64,000 bases of DNA from Candidatus Eiseniibacteriota bacterium (GTDB lineage: Bacteria > Eisenbacteria > RBG-16-71-46): the NCBI GenBank assembly GCA_963725865.1, contig CAVSAC010000014.1, positions 320,001 through 384,000 on the forward strand, written 5' to 3'. Below the pieces are notes generated by a model. It searched no databases and had not been told where the DNA came from. It was given only the letters and a program-made list of their open reading frames with translations. Of the stretch, positions 1 to 9,475 are shown piece after piece. The translations under genes were made by a program, and so were the position numbers. The first letter of the stretch is position 1. The number at the start of each line of letters is the position of its first letter.

Positions 1-825
1 TTCCATATCCAGCGTGACGAACACGTAGCCGGCCGCTTTCAGCGCAGCAACGACGCGCGCCCGCACCACCGGCTCCACCAGCCGCGCGAGCTCGCTCACG
101 GGCACCTCGATGCGGGCGGTGTCCCCGTGGTGGCGCACGCGGCACTCGCGGAATCCAAGCGCGCGCAGGGCGCCCTCCCCGACCTCGACCATCTTGAGGT
201 TATCCGCCGTGATCGCAGTTCCATAGGGGATCCGCGAAGCCAGGCAGGGCGAGGCCGGCTTGTCGTGGCTCGCGAGCCCGAACTGGCGAGCCGCGGCCCG
301 GACATCGGCCTTCGTGAACCCCAGCTCAGCAAGCGGGGAGCGCACCGCGCGCTCGCTCGCGGCCAGCCGGCCGGGGCGATGGTCGCGCAGGTCGTCAGCG
401 ATCGTGCCATCCAGCACCGCGCTCGCTCCGCGGCGCATCCGCACCTCCTCGAGTCGCGCGAACAGCTCGCTCTTGCAGTGATAGCACCGATTGATCGGAT
501 TGCTCGCGAACGCGGGGTCGCTCAGCTCGCCGGTCGTCACCACTTCGATGGTGGCGCCAAAGGCGGCCGCCTGCGCCAGCGCCGCGTCGAGCTCGTGGAT
601 GGCGTAGGAGTCGGAACGGCCGATCACGCCGACCACGCGCGAGTCGAGCACCTCGTGCGCGACCCTCAGGAGGAGGCTCGAGTCCACTCCGCCCGAGTAC
701 GCCACGACGCACGAGCCCAACTCGCGCAGCAGGTCGCGCAGTCGCTCGAGTTTCTGCGGCCACGGCGTCCCGCCAAGCGGGGGCCGCGCCGGGGCGCCGA
801 TCTGGTGAAGGAGCTCGCCGGACAT
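1..825 (-). CDS. larE: ATP-dependent sacrificial sulfur transferase LarE family (runs off window start)
   Basis: Manual translation (absent from ORF track): VVAYSGGVDS PP-loop, NRCYHCKSELF, DKPASPCLASRIPYG, RVRHHGDTARIEV. Confidence 0.9.
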   Translation of the reverse strand, partial: MSGELLHQIGAPARPPLGGTPWPQKLERLRDLLRELGSCVVAYSGGVDSSLLLRVAHEVLDSRVVGVIGRSDSYAIHELDAALAQAAAFGATIEVVTTGELSDPAFASNPINRCYHCKSELFARLEEVRMRRGASAVLDGTIADDLRDHRPGRLAASERAVRSPLAELGFTKADVRAAARQFGLASHDKPASPCLASRIPYGTAITADNLKMVEVGEGALRALGFRECRVRHHGDTARIEVPVSELARLVEPVVRARVVAALKAAGYVFVTLDME

Positions 826-1013
826 GGGGCCGCGAGCCTAGCACAGCGCCCCGCGGGCGATGTCAGCGGAGGTTGAACAGGTGCATGCACCCGGCCACGG
901 CCGGGAACGCGGCCATCGACTCCGCGACGCCACGGGCCCCGGTGCGAACGCCAGCGCGGACGCCACGTCCGTGCCCGGCAGCTCGGTGTGAGCGACTCAT
1001 CGGCCCCGGTCGC

Positions 1014-2156
1014 TCATCGCGATTCGGACGCCGGCGCGCGCGCCGCCGCGGCCGGATGCGGAGCCGGGCTCGGGACCGCGGAGGCCAACGAGTCCACGCG
1101 CGTGGCAGTGGTCTCCTGGGAGGCGGCCGAAGCGGCCTGCAGGGCGCGCGCCTGGGCGATGTTCGCGAGGTGCTGCTCGTAGGAGACCGCGAAGAAATGG
1201 CGGCCCTCGCCGCGCGCGACGAAGTAGAGGTCGCGCACGCCGTCGCTCGGATGCACCGACGCCTCGATGCTCTTGCGCCCCGGGCTGCAGATCGGCCCCG
1301 GGGGCAGCCCGCTCACCAGGTAGGTGTTGTACGGCGAGACGTGGCGGAGTTGGCGCAGGTAGAGCCGCGAACGTGGGTTCATGCCGAGCGAGAACGCGAC
1401 TGTCGGGTCGGCCTGCAGCAGCATGTGCTTCTCGAGCCGGTTCAGGTACACCTTCGCGATGCGGGGCCGTTCCACGTCGGCCTGCGCCTCCGATTCCACG
1501 ATGCTCGCGAGCGTCAGCACCTGGTGTAGCGAGAGCCCGAGCGGCAGCGAGTCCAGTCCGGCGGTGAGCTGGCGCAGCAGGTCCTGCTGGCGTGCGGCCA
1601 TCGTGCGCAGCGCCACCTCCGGCGGGGTGCCCGGCAGGAACTCGTAGGTATCCGGCGCCAGGTAGCCTTCGAGCGACGGCGCGTCGACGCCGAGCGAGTC
1701 GAGGAACGCGCGGTCCTGCGCGAGCGAATCGAGCGAGGCCGGCGCCGTGCCCAGATGGCGGCCCAGCAGCTGGCTCACTTCGCGGACCGTGAGCCCCTCC
1801 GGGATCGTCACCAGATTCAAGCCGCTCATGCCGCGCGCGAAGGCGCGGAGCAGCGCGGGCACCGTGATGCCGAGCCGGAACGAGTACTGGCCCGCCTTGA
1901 CGCCGCGGTCCACGTGCATGAGGCGCGCGAGCACCTGGAATCCGAGCGTGCCGCGCAGCACTCCGACGCGCTGCAGCTCGTCGGCGATCTCGCGCAGGGT
2001 CTGCCCGCGCTGCACGAGCACCACGCGGCGCTGGCGCGGCGGAAACGCGCCCGCCGGCAGGAACAGATCGCTCGCCACCGCGAGGAACGCGATCACGAGC
2101 AGCAGCAGCGCCCAGCGCCGCGGCCGGAACGGCCGCCCGCGACGGCGCGGCGTCAT
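1014..2156 (-). CDS. mltG: Endolytic transglycosylase MltG (YceG family)
   Basis: N-terminal TM; VTIPEGLT, LEGYLAPDTY, LASIVESEA, LQADPTV, SPYNTY..GLPPGPI. Confidence 0.95.
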   Translation of the reverse strand: MTPRRRGRPFRPRRWALLLLVIAFLAVASDLFLPAGAFPPRQRRVVLVQRGQTLREIADELQRVGVLRGTLGFQVLARLMHVDRGVKAGQYSFRLGITVPALLRAFARGMSGLNLVTIPEGLTVREVSQLLGRHLGTAPASLDSLAQDRAFLDSLGVDAPSLEGYLAPDTYEFLPGTPPEVALRTMAARQQDLLRQLTAGLDSLPLGLSLHQVLTLASIVESEAQADVERPRIAKVYLNRLEKHMLLQADPTVAFSLGMNPRSRLYLRQLRHVSPYNTYLVSGLPPGPICSPGRKSIEASVHPSDGVRDLYFVARGEGRHFFAVSYEQHLANIAQARALQAASAASQETTATRVDSLASAVPSPAPHPAAAARAPASESR

Positions 2157-2596
2157 GGCGCGTCCTCGCCGCGCGCCGCACGCGCCCGCACCCGCGCGAG
2201 GAACGATTCGAGCAGCGCCACCGCCGCACCGCGGTCGATGCGCTCCTTCGCGCGCCCGAGCTTCACCCCCGCCTCGTGCAGCCGGCGCGCGCTGAGCGCC
2301 GAGGTGAGGCGTTCGTCGTAGGTCTCGACCGGCAGTCCGCTCGCGGTCGCGAGCTCGTCCGCGAAGCGCTGCGCCGCCTCGGCCGCCTCGCCGCGCGCGC
2401 CGGACAACAGCAGCGGCAGGCCGACGACGATGCGGGACGCCTCGCGCTCACGCGCCACCGCGGTGACCTGGGCGAGCGCGTCCGAGCGGCCCTTCACGTG
2501 CAGGGTCTCGAGGCCGGTGGCGATGATGCCGTCGGGGTCGCTCACCGCCAGGCCGATCCGGCGCTCGCCCCAGTCCACGGCGAGGATGCGGGCCAC
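2153..2596 (-). CDS. ruvX: Holliday junction resolvase-like / pre-16S rRNA nuclease RuvX (YqgF)
   Basis: RILAVDWGERRIGLAVSD, VVGLP, DERLTS; GTG start inferred. Confidence 0.93.
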   Translation of the reverse strand: MARILAVDWGERRIGLAVSDPDGIIATGLETLHVKGRSDALAQVTAVAREREASRIVVGLPLLLSGARGEAAEAAQRFADELATASGLPVETYDERLTSALSARRLHEAGVKLGRAKERIDRGAAVALLESFLARVRARAARGEDAP

Positions 2597-2609
2597 GGGC
2601 GGGACCGCG

Positions 2610-3059
2610 TCAGCCGTTCGCGACGGCGGCAGCCGGGCGATGCTTGACCAGCAGGCAGGTGGTGCCGCCAGGATCGAAGCGGAAGTCCACGCTGTCCATG
2701 CACGCTCGCATGATGAAGATGCCGCGGCCGCGGGGCTCGAAGAGACGTTCGGGGCTGGTGGCATCGGGCTCGATCGACGTGAGGTCGAATCCTGGTCCGG
2801 AGTCGTGCACCGTGACCTCGATGCGGTCCGGCCACAGGGCGAAGACGATCTCGAAGCTCTTGGAGGCGTCGCGCCGGTGCCCATGCTGGATGGCGTTGGT
2901 GCCGGCCTCGATCACCGACATCGTGACCTGCGCGCTCGCGTCCTCGTCGAATCCCATGCGTTCGCACAGGGCGGACGACACGCGATCGAGGACGGCGAGC
3001 AGCTCGAGGCGGCTCGGAAGGCTCATGCGGACGACTTCGGGGGTGTCGGGTCTGGACAT
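2610..3059 (-). CDS. Anti-sigma factor / Ser kinase, RsbW-like HATPase_c
   Basis: EAGTNAIQHG, VHDSGPGFD, RGRGIFIMRACMD. Confidence 0.88.
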   Translation of the reverse strand: MSRPDTPEVVRMSLPSRLELLAVLDRVSSALCERMGFDEDASAQVTMSVIEAGTNAIQHGHRRDASKSFEIVFALWPDRIEVTVHDSGPGFDLTSIEPDATSPERLFEPRGRGIFIMRACMDSVDFRFDPGGTTCLLVKHRPAAAVANG

Positions 3060-3065
3060 GTTCCG

Positions 3066-4046
3066 TCAACGGACCGCGCGGTCCCGGAACGCGCGCAGCG
3101 CCTCGAAGGCGTGGTGGAGGTCCTCCGGCAAAGCCGAAATGAAGCTGAGCGCCTGACCGGTGACCGGATGCGTCAGCTCCAGCCGGCTCGCATGGAGGGC
3201 CTGACGCGGCAGGATCTCCAGCAGAGCCGTGGCGAGGCTACGCTGCGCAGAATCGGGACTCAACGCCTTTCTTCGCCCGCCGTACACCGGATCGCCCACC
3301 ACCGGCATGCGCCGGTGCGCGAGGTGGACGCGGATCTGATGGGTGCGGCCGGTCTCGAGCCGCACCGTGAGCGCGGTCACCGGCCCGAAGCGCTCGGTCA
3401 CCGACCAGTGGGTGACCGCCGCGCGGCCCCCGCGCCGTGCGACCGCCATCCGGGTGCGCATTCGCGGGTCGCGCGCGATCGGCGCCTCGATGGTCCCCTC
3501 GTCCTCGCGCGGCTCTCCCCAGACGAGCGCCACGTACTCGCGCTGGATCTCCCGGCGGCGCATCGATTCGATCAGCGCGCGATGGGCGCGCGCGGTGCGC
3601 GCCACCACCAGCAGCCCTGAGGTGTCCTTGTCGAGCCGGTGCACGATCCCCGGGCGGTCCGTGCCTCCCACCTGCGCGATCGCGGGGTCATGATGGAGCA
3701 GCCCGTGCGCGAGCGTGCCGTGGGTCACGCCGGCGCCGGGATGCACCACCAGTCCGGCGGGCTTGTCGACGATCAGCACGTCGTCGTCCTGGAACACGAT
3801 CGCGAGCGCCATCGCCTCGGGCACCAGCGTCGAGACGATCGCGGCCGGCAACTCGACGCGCACCGTGTCCCCGGCGCGCACGCGGTGCGAGGCGCGCACC
3901 ACGCGCCCGTCCACCGTGACGTGTCCGATATCGATCAGGGCCTGCAGGCGGGTGCGTGAGAGGTCGGGCTGCGCGGCGGCGAGGAAGCGGTCGAGCCGCT
4001 CACCCGCGGCGTGCGGAGGGACCGGGAGCGTCAGCGTCCCGTCCAT
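3066..4046 (-). CDS. rluD: RluA-family 23S rRNA pseudouridine synthase with S4 domain
   Basis: RLDRFL S4 domain; DKPAGLVVHP, GIVHRLDKDTSGL, LETGRTHQIRVH. Confidence 0.95.
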   Translation of the reverse strand: MDGTLTLPVPPHAAGERLDRFLAAAQPDLSRTRLQALIDIGHVTVDGRVVRASHRVRAGDTVRVELPAAIVSTLVPEAMALAIVFQDDDVLIVDKPAGLVVHPGAGVTHGTLAHGLLHHDPAIAQVGGTDRPGIVHRLDKDTSGLLVVARTARAHRALIESMRRREIQREYVALVWGEPREDEGTIEAPIARDPRMRTRMAVARRGGRAAVTHWSVTERFGPVTALTVRLETGRTHQIRVHLAHRRMPVVGDPVYGGRRKALSPDSAQRSLATALLEILPRQALHASRLELTHPVTGQALSFISALPEDLHHAFEALRAFRDRAVR

Positions 4047-4578
4047 CGTGTGCCTCCGCATCGAGCGGAATCGGCGGCGGTGCATCCGGCGACTCGGCCA
4101 CCGGCGCCGGCGCCGCCTCGTGCGGGCCCGCGAGCGCCGCGATCGCGAACAGCGCCACGCCCACCGTCACCGCGGTGTCCGCCACGTTGAAGACCGGGAA
4201 GGACCACTGCCGCCACGAGAACAGGATGAAGTCCACCACCTCGCCGGCGGTCACGCGATCGATCAGGTTGCCAATCGCGCCGCCGAAGATGAGCGACAGG
4301 GCCCACTGGCGCGCCGCGTCGTGCACGCGCCCGCGCAGCAGCATCCACAGGATCGCCACCGCGGCGACGATCGAGAACAGGTAGTAGGGGAAGCCGGTGC
4401 CCGCCCCGATGCCGAACGCCACGCCGGAATTGCGCGTGTACGTCAGCCGCACCAGCGTGCCGATCACTTCGATCGGCGGGCGGTACTCCAGCACGTGGGT
4501 GGCCCACTGCTTGGTCACCTGGTCGAGCGCGACCACCGCGCCCGCGACCAGGGCAAGTCGCACCACGGCGCGCTTCAC
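4000..4578 (-). CDS. lspA: Lipoprotein signal peptidase II
   Basis: DQVTK, NSGVAFG, GGAIGNLIDR, VVDFI, FPVFNVAD; GTG start overlaps the dksA-like stop. Confidence 0.95.
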   Translation of the reverse strand: MKRAVVRLALVAGAVVALDQVTKQWATHVLEYRPPIEVIGTLVRLTYTRNSGVAFGIGAGTGFPYYLFSIVAAVAILWMLLRGRVHDAARQWALSLIFGGAIGNLIDRVTAGEVVDFILFSWRQWSFPVFNVADTAVTVGVALFAIAALAGPHEAAPAPVAESPDAPPPIPLDAEAHDGRDADAPGPSARRG

Positions 4579-5456
4579 TGGCCGATCTGACCCGCGGTCC
4601 GCCCGGCCTTCTCTTCCTTCTCCTTGCACGACACGCACAGCCGGGCGTGGGGCATCGCCTCGAGCCGCGCCCGCGCGATCGGCTTCTCGCAGATCTCGCA
4701 CGTGCCGTACTCGCCGCGGTAGAGCCGCCGCAGCGCCTCATTGATGTCCATGAGCAGGCGGCCTTCGGCGGAGGCGAACAGGAACGCCTTCTCGCGTTCC
4801 ATCGCGTCGGTGCCGGCGTCGGCCATGTGGAACGAGTAGCCCGAGAGATCCCCGGCGGAATCGCGCGGGTTCACCTTGAGCACCGTGTTCTCGAGATGGC
4901 CCATCTCCTTGAGGATCTTCTGCCGCTCGGCGAGCAGCCGCTGCTCGAATTCCTTCAAGTCCTTATCGGTCACGCCCTGGGCTCCTTGGGATGGCATGGG
5001 TCGGGGTGCGGGCTTGGAAGACGTGAGCGGCCGATTCACGTGCGGGGTCGGGCCGGCGTGTGCCTTGGCGCGCGACTCCGGAGGCAGCACGCCCAGCGGC
5101 TTCACGTTGGGCGCCGGTACGGCGGGCTTGACCACCGGCTTGAGCTTGCGCGGCAGCTTGGAGGCCGGCTTGGCGACCACCGGTGCGGGTTTGCCCTTCA
5201 CCGCCGGACGGCCGATCACCCGCGGCGCCGGCTTCGCGACGGACTTGGGCGCGACCTTCCCCTTGACGGCGGGTCGGCCGATCACCCGCGGTGCCGACTT
5301 CGTGGCCTTTGCAGCCTTCGCGGGCTTCGATTTCGGCGCATGCTTCGCCTTCGACTGAGGCCTGGCCTTCGACTTGGGACTCGACTTGGGCTTCGCCTTC
5401 GGGGCGGCCTTGGTCGCGGCCTTCGCGCTCTTCCCGGACTTGCGCTGCGTCGCCAT
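4575..5456 (-). CDS. TraR/DksA C4 zinc-finger protein with Lys/Ala/Pro-rich N-terminal extension
   Basis: HMADAGTD coiled-coil tip; YGTCEIC...RLEAMPHARLCVSC. Confidence 0.88.
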   Translation of the reverse strand: MATQRKSGKSAKAATKAAPKAKPKSSPKSKARPQSKAKHAPKSKPAKAAKATKSAPRVIGRPAVKGKVAPKSVAKPAPRVIGRPAVKGKPAPVVAKPASKLPRKLKPVVKPAVPAPNVKPLGVLPPESRAKAHAGPTPHVNRPLTSSKPAPRPMPSQGAQGVTDKDLKEFEQRLLAERQKILKEMGHLENTVLKVNPRDSAGDLSGYSFHMADAGTDAMEREKAFLFASAEGRLLMDINEALRRLYRGEYGTCEICEKPIARARLEAMPHARLCVSCKEKEEKAGRTAGQIGQ

Positions 5457-5492
5457 CGTCTCCTCCCTCAACGGCTGGAGCGGACCCCAGCC

Positions 5493-6329
5493 TCAACGCG
5501 CTTCCTCGAGCCGACGGACCACCTCGGTCACGAGACGGATCAGCACGGGCGCCGCGCGCCCCGCCACCGCCAGGATCGCGGGGATGTCCACCGGATGCAG
5601 GTCATCCGGAAGACAGGCGTCGGTGATCACGTTGAACGCCAGCACCCGCTGGCCTCCGTGCACCGCCACGATGTTCTCGGGCACCAGCGACATCCCGACC
5701 ACGTCCGCGCCGATCCAGCGCAGAAACCGGTACTCCGCCGCGGTCTCGAGATTCGGCCCCGGCACTGCCACCAACACCGCCCGCTGGAGCGGGATGCGCT
5801 GCTCCAGCGCCACCGTCTCGGCGAGCCGGATCAAAGGGCGGGCATAGGGCTCGCTCATATCCGGGAATCGCGGACCCAGGGTGTCGTCATTGGGCCCGAT
5901 GAGCGGGTTGTCGCCCATCAGGTTGATGTGATCGGTGGTGACGGTGATCGTGCCCGCCGGCATGTCGGGGTTCATCCCGCCGCAGGCGTTCGTGATCACG
6001 AGCGTGTCGCATCCGAGCGCCTTCATCACGCGCACCGGGAACGACACCTGCTGCATCGAGTACCCCTCGTAGTAGTGGACCCGACCCTTCATCACCACGA
6101 CCGCGTGGTCCGCCAGCGTGCCCACGTGCAGCTCGCCCGCATGGCTCTCGACGGTGGAGACCGCGAAGTGCGGGATCTCGTGGTACGGGATCACGGTGTC
6201 CACCCGGAGCGCATCGGCGAAGTCGCCCAGCCCGGTGCCGAGGATGATGCCGACCTTCGGCTGCACGCGCGTGCGCGCGCGGATCGCCGTGGCCGCCTCC
6301 TCGATGCGCTGTCTCAGCTCACTCGCCAT
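5493..6329 (-). CDS. Purine-nucleoside phosphorylase (trimeric type)
   Basis: GIILGTGLG, GRVHYYEGY, TNACGG, GPNLETAAE, GADVVGMS. Confidence 0.95.
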   Translation of the reverse strand: MASELRQRIEEAATAIRARTRVQPKVGIILGTGLGDFADALRVDTVIPYHEIPHFAVSTVESHAGELHVGTLADHAVVVMKGRVHYYEGYSMQQVSFPVRVMKALGCDTLVITNACGGMNPDMPAGTITVTTDHINLMGDNPLIGPNDDTLGPRFPDMSEPYARPLIRLAETVALEQRIPLQRAVLVAVPGPNLETAAEYRFLRWIGADVVGMSLVPENIVAVHGGQRVLAFNVITDACLPDDLHPVDIPAILAVAGRAAPVLIRLVTEVVRRLEEAR

Positions 6330-6618
6330 CGTCGCCCTTCCGCCGCTGCAGCGCCGCGTCCACGCGTCGCCGCACCTCGGCCTCCTCCAGCCCTTCGATC
6401 TCCAGCCACTTGGTGCGCGAGGCCGCGCCCCGCGCGATCGTCACCTGTCGCCTCGGCACACCCACCATGTCGGCGACCAGCTCCACCACCGCGCGGTTCG
6501 CCCGCCCATCCGCGGGCGGGGCGGTCACCGCGACCTTCAGCGTCCCGTCGTCCATCCAGCCGGCGACTCCCGCGCGCCGCGCGCCGGGATGCACCCGCAC
6601 CGCGAGCCGGGCGTTCAC
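6319..6618 (-). CDS. DUF167 / YggU family protein
   Basis: VRVHPGARR, LKVAVTAPPADGRAN, ARGAASRTK; follows yggT. Confidence 0.88.
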   Translation of the reverse strand: MNARLAVRVHPGARRAGVAGWMDDGTLKVAVTAPPADGRANRAVVELVADMVGVPRRQVTIARGAASRTKWLEIEGLEEAEVRRRVDAALQRRKGDDGE

Positions 6619-6914
6619 CCCATGCGCATCGCGAGGTCCCGCAGCGAACCGACCGCGAACTCGCGCACGAAGTAGATTGCCAGCATCACGATGAACGGCG
6701 CGAAATCGAAGCCGCCGATCGCCGTCGGGAACAGACGACGGACCGGATCGCACACGAAGTCCGAGACCCGGCCCAGGAACATCACGATCGGATGGTCGGG
6801 ATCGGGACGCACCCAGGACAGCAGTGCGTTGATCAGGACCACCACCAGCAGCAGCTGCAGCACGACGTCGAGCACTCCCGAGACCGCGCTCAGCAGATGA
6901 CCCACCACGAACAT
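6615..6914 (-). CDS. yggT: YggT family membrane protein
   Basis: ALLSWVRPDP, PVRR..P..GGFDFAP. Confidence 0.9.
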   Translation of the reverse strand: MFVVGHLLSAVSGVLDVVLQLLLVVVLINALLSWVRPDPDHPIVMFLGRVSDFVCDPVRRLFPTAIGGFDFAPFIVMLAIYFVREFAVGSLRDLAMRMG

Positions 6915-6923
6915 CCGTGACTC

Positions 6924-7625
6924 CTACCGGGAACGCGCGCCGAAGATCGCGGTGCCCACGCGCACCAGCGTGCTGCCTTCCTCCACCGCGACCTCGAAGT
7001 CCCCGCTCATGCCCATCGACAGTTCCGGCAGCGGCCGCCCCAGTCGTCGCGCGACCGCGTCCCGCAGCGTGCGCAGCCGCGCGAACCCCGCGCGCGCGTC
7101 CTCCGCCCGTTCCACCGGCGCTCCCACCGTCATCAGTCCGTCGAGCGCCAGGCCCGGCAGCGCCGCCACGATCTCGAGCACGGGTTCGAGCTGCTCGGGC
7201 GCGACGCCGAACTTGGTCGCTTCGCCGCTCACGTTCACTTCGACCAGCACCGGGAGCGTGACCGCCGCCGCGACGGCGTGCCGCGACAGCGCGCGCGCCA
7301 GCTCGACGTCGTCCACGCCGTGCACGCGGTCGAACAACTCCACCGCGCGCCCGGCCTTGTTGCGTTGCAGGTGCCCGATCATGTGCCAGCGCGCCGCCGA
7401 GCGGCCCACCGACGCGATCTTGCCGGCCGCCTCTTGCACCCGGTTCTCGCCGAGATCCGCGAGGCCGAGCGCCACCGCCTCCGCGACCACTCCGGCGGCC
7501 ACCGTCTTGACCACCCCCACGAGTGTGACCGCACCCGGCGGGCGTCCGGAGCGGCTCGCGGCCGCATCGATGCGGGCTCGGACGTCCTCGAGTCGGGCCT
7601 TCAGTGACGGGAGGGCAGCGTTCAC
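6924..7625 (-). CDS. yggS: PLP homeostasis protein YggS
   Basis: LGENRVQE, WHMIGHLQRNKA, LSMGMSGDF..AVEEGSTLVRVGTAIFG; start uncertain. Confidence 0.93.
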   Translation of the reverse strand: MNAALPSLKARLEDVRARIDAAASRSGRPPGAVTLVGVVKTVAAGVVAEAVALGLADLGENRVQEAAGKIASVGRSAARWHMIGHLQRNKAGRAVELFDRVHGVDDVELARALSRHAVAAAVTLPVLVEVNVSGEATKFGVAPEQLEPVLEIVAALPGLALDGLMTVGAPVERAEDARAGFARLRTLRDAVARRLGRPLPELSMGMSGDFEVAVEEGSTLVRVGTAIFGARSR

Positions 7626-7817
7626 GGAACGCGCGAGAGTAGTCACCTCGCCCGGGGGGCGCAAGCGGGAAAGGGCGCCGGGCACGCCGCGGCGGGTGGG
7701 ATCCGGGTCGCTGCGCCGGCCGCCGGACCGGCGTCAGCGCGCCGCGCCGGCTCGGTGAGCGTGGCGGCGCTGGCCGGAGCCGCGCGCGGCCGGCGGCGGT
7801 TCGGGAGCATGGACGAA

Positions 7818-7846
7818 GCGCCCCGCCGCACGAGGCGGCGGGGCGC
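7818..7846 (-). terminator. GC-rich hairpin just 3' of tmRNA
   Basis: Perfect 12-bp stem GCGCCCCGCCGC/GCGGCGGGGCGC with 5-nt loop; weak U tail. Confidence 0.55.
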
Positions 7847-7849
7847 ACA

Positions 7850-8204
7850 TGGTGGAGGCGGCGGGAATCGAACCCGCGTCCGAAAACCGATCCCTGGAAT
7901 CCACTACAGGCTTGTCCGGCCGATTAAGTCTCGCGCGCCTCCGCTCCGACCGGCGGGATCAATGGTGCGCCAGCTCGATTGGATCTCGTCCTCGGCCCAC
8001 GAGCGAGGGCGTTGGACCAGCCCGCGTTTATCTGACGCTCGCACCGTTCCCCACGGGCGGGGTCCGGGCGACCGTCGCTGCTAGTTAGGCAGCGAGAGCA
8101 AACTGCTCGTTGGCAGTTGCGTTGTTCCCGCTTTTTTGACGAGGTTACGGGTCCCCGGCCTGCGTCTTCCGATTCACGGTCCCCGTCGAGACCTGTACGC
8201 CCCC
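7850..8204 (-). ncRNA. ssrA: tmRNA; tag peptide ANEQFALAA* (8114-8085)
   Basis: 5' GGGGGCG pairs with 3' CGCCTCCACCA (G3:U70 alanine identity), T-loop GGTTCGATTCC, tag ending ALAA then TAA. Confidence 0.96.
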
Positions 8205-8205
8205 C

Positions 8206-8330
8206 GCGGGCTTCGACGGAAGCCCGATCGGCTGCGTTGCCTCCCTCGCTCGTCGCTGCGACGTATCTTCCGATACGTCTCGCTCCTCGCTCGGTCGGCG
8301 CCTTGCGCTCGGGCTTCCGTCGAAGCCCGC
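8206..8330. repeat. Nested palindromic element (REP-doublet / MITE-like)
   Basis: 22-bp perfect inverted repeats at 8206-8227 and 8309-8330; each arm is itself a hairpin; partly self-complementary core. Confidence 0.7.
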
Positions 8331-8440
8331 AGCGCGGTCGAAAACCCTCGTCGTGGCCCGCGGCGGCATCGCTTCGCTCGCCGCCCGGCTGCTCACTCAG
8401 AGTGCGTTGGCCTTTTGGATGTCTGAGCGGGCGGCGGGGA

Positions 8441-8866
8441 TCAAAACGGGATGTCGTCGTCCGGGCCGCCGCCGAAGTCGCCGGTCATCGGGTCGTCGGG
8501 AGGCACGGTGGCGCTCACATCGTCGCGCGCGCCTTCGGCGCGCCCGCCGAGCAGCTGCATGTTGGTGCAGACGATCTCGGTGCTGTAGCGCTTCTGGCCC
8601 TGCTGATCCTGCCACTGCCGCGTGCGGATGCGGCCCTCGATGAAGACCTGGCGACCCTTGGTGAGGTACTGCTGGGCCACCTCGGCCTGGCGACCGAACA
8701 GCACCACGCGGTGCCACTCGGTGGCCTCCTGCTTCTGTCCGCTCTTGTCGGTCCAGCGCTCGGTGGTGGCGATGCGCAGATTCGCGACCGACGACCCGCC
8801 CTGGGTGAAGCGCACCTCGGGATTCGCCCCGAGGTTGCCGACCAGGAACACCTTGTTCACGCCCAT
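8441..8866 (-). CDS. ssb: Single-stranded DNA-binding protein
   Basis: [25 protein letters not shown]-terminal DDDIPF. Confidence 0.97.
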   Translation of the reverse strand: MGVNKVFLVGNLGANPEVRFTQGGSSVANLRIATTERWTDKSGQKQEATEWHRVVLFGRQAEVAQQYLTKGRQVFIEGRIRTRQWQDQQGQKRYSTEIVCTNMQLLGGRAEGARDDVSATVPPDDPMTGDFGGGPDDDIPF

Positions 8867-9102
8867 GTGCGACTCCGTTTCGATGAAGGGGCCCCGCGGC
8901 GGGGGCTGTCTGGGTGCCCGGAGCATACGGGGCGCGCGCGCCGGGGCGCAATGCCGGCCTGCGGTGGCCGCGCGCCGCTCCAGCGGCCGGCGCGCGTCGC
9001 GTCGTGGCCGCGCGGACCCGCGGATCGGTGCGGCGGGCGCGGTTTGACGCCCGTCGGGCCGCGCCGCTAGACTCCGCCGCGCCGTACTGACATGGGAGTC
9101 TC

Positions 9103-9179
<77 letters not shown>

Positions 9180-9216
9180 CATGGACCGGCGGCTTTGGTC
9201 GACCGGGACCAGCCCC

Positions 9217-9293
9217 GCGCCTGTAGCTCAGATGGATAGAGCAACGGATTTCTAATCCGTGGGTCGGGGGTTCGATTCCCTCCAGGCGCGCCA
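9217..9293 (+). tRNA. tRNA-Arg(TCT)
   Basis: Anticodon arm ACGGA-TT-TCT-AA-TCCGT; 3' CCA. Confidence 0.95.
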
Positions 9294-9322
9294 GTCGTCG
9301 AACGCCCGTGCGATGTTCGGGT

Positions 9323-9400
9323 GGTGGATGTAGCTCAGTTTGGTAGAGCACCGGACTGTGGCTCCGGCTGTCGCGGGTTCAAATCCCGTCATCCACCCCA
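9323..9400 (+). tRNA. tRNA-His(GTG)
   Basis: G-1, anticodon arm CCGGA-CT-GTG-GC-TCCGG, C discriminator plus CCA. Confidence 0.95.
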
Positions 9401-9475
9401 CTTTCCTTCGCGGCCCCGCGGGCGGAGCGGATCCGCCCGCGACCGTCGCGGGCCGGCCGAGGAGGCCGATCGCCG

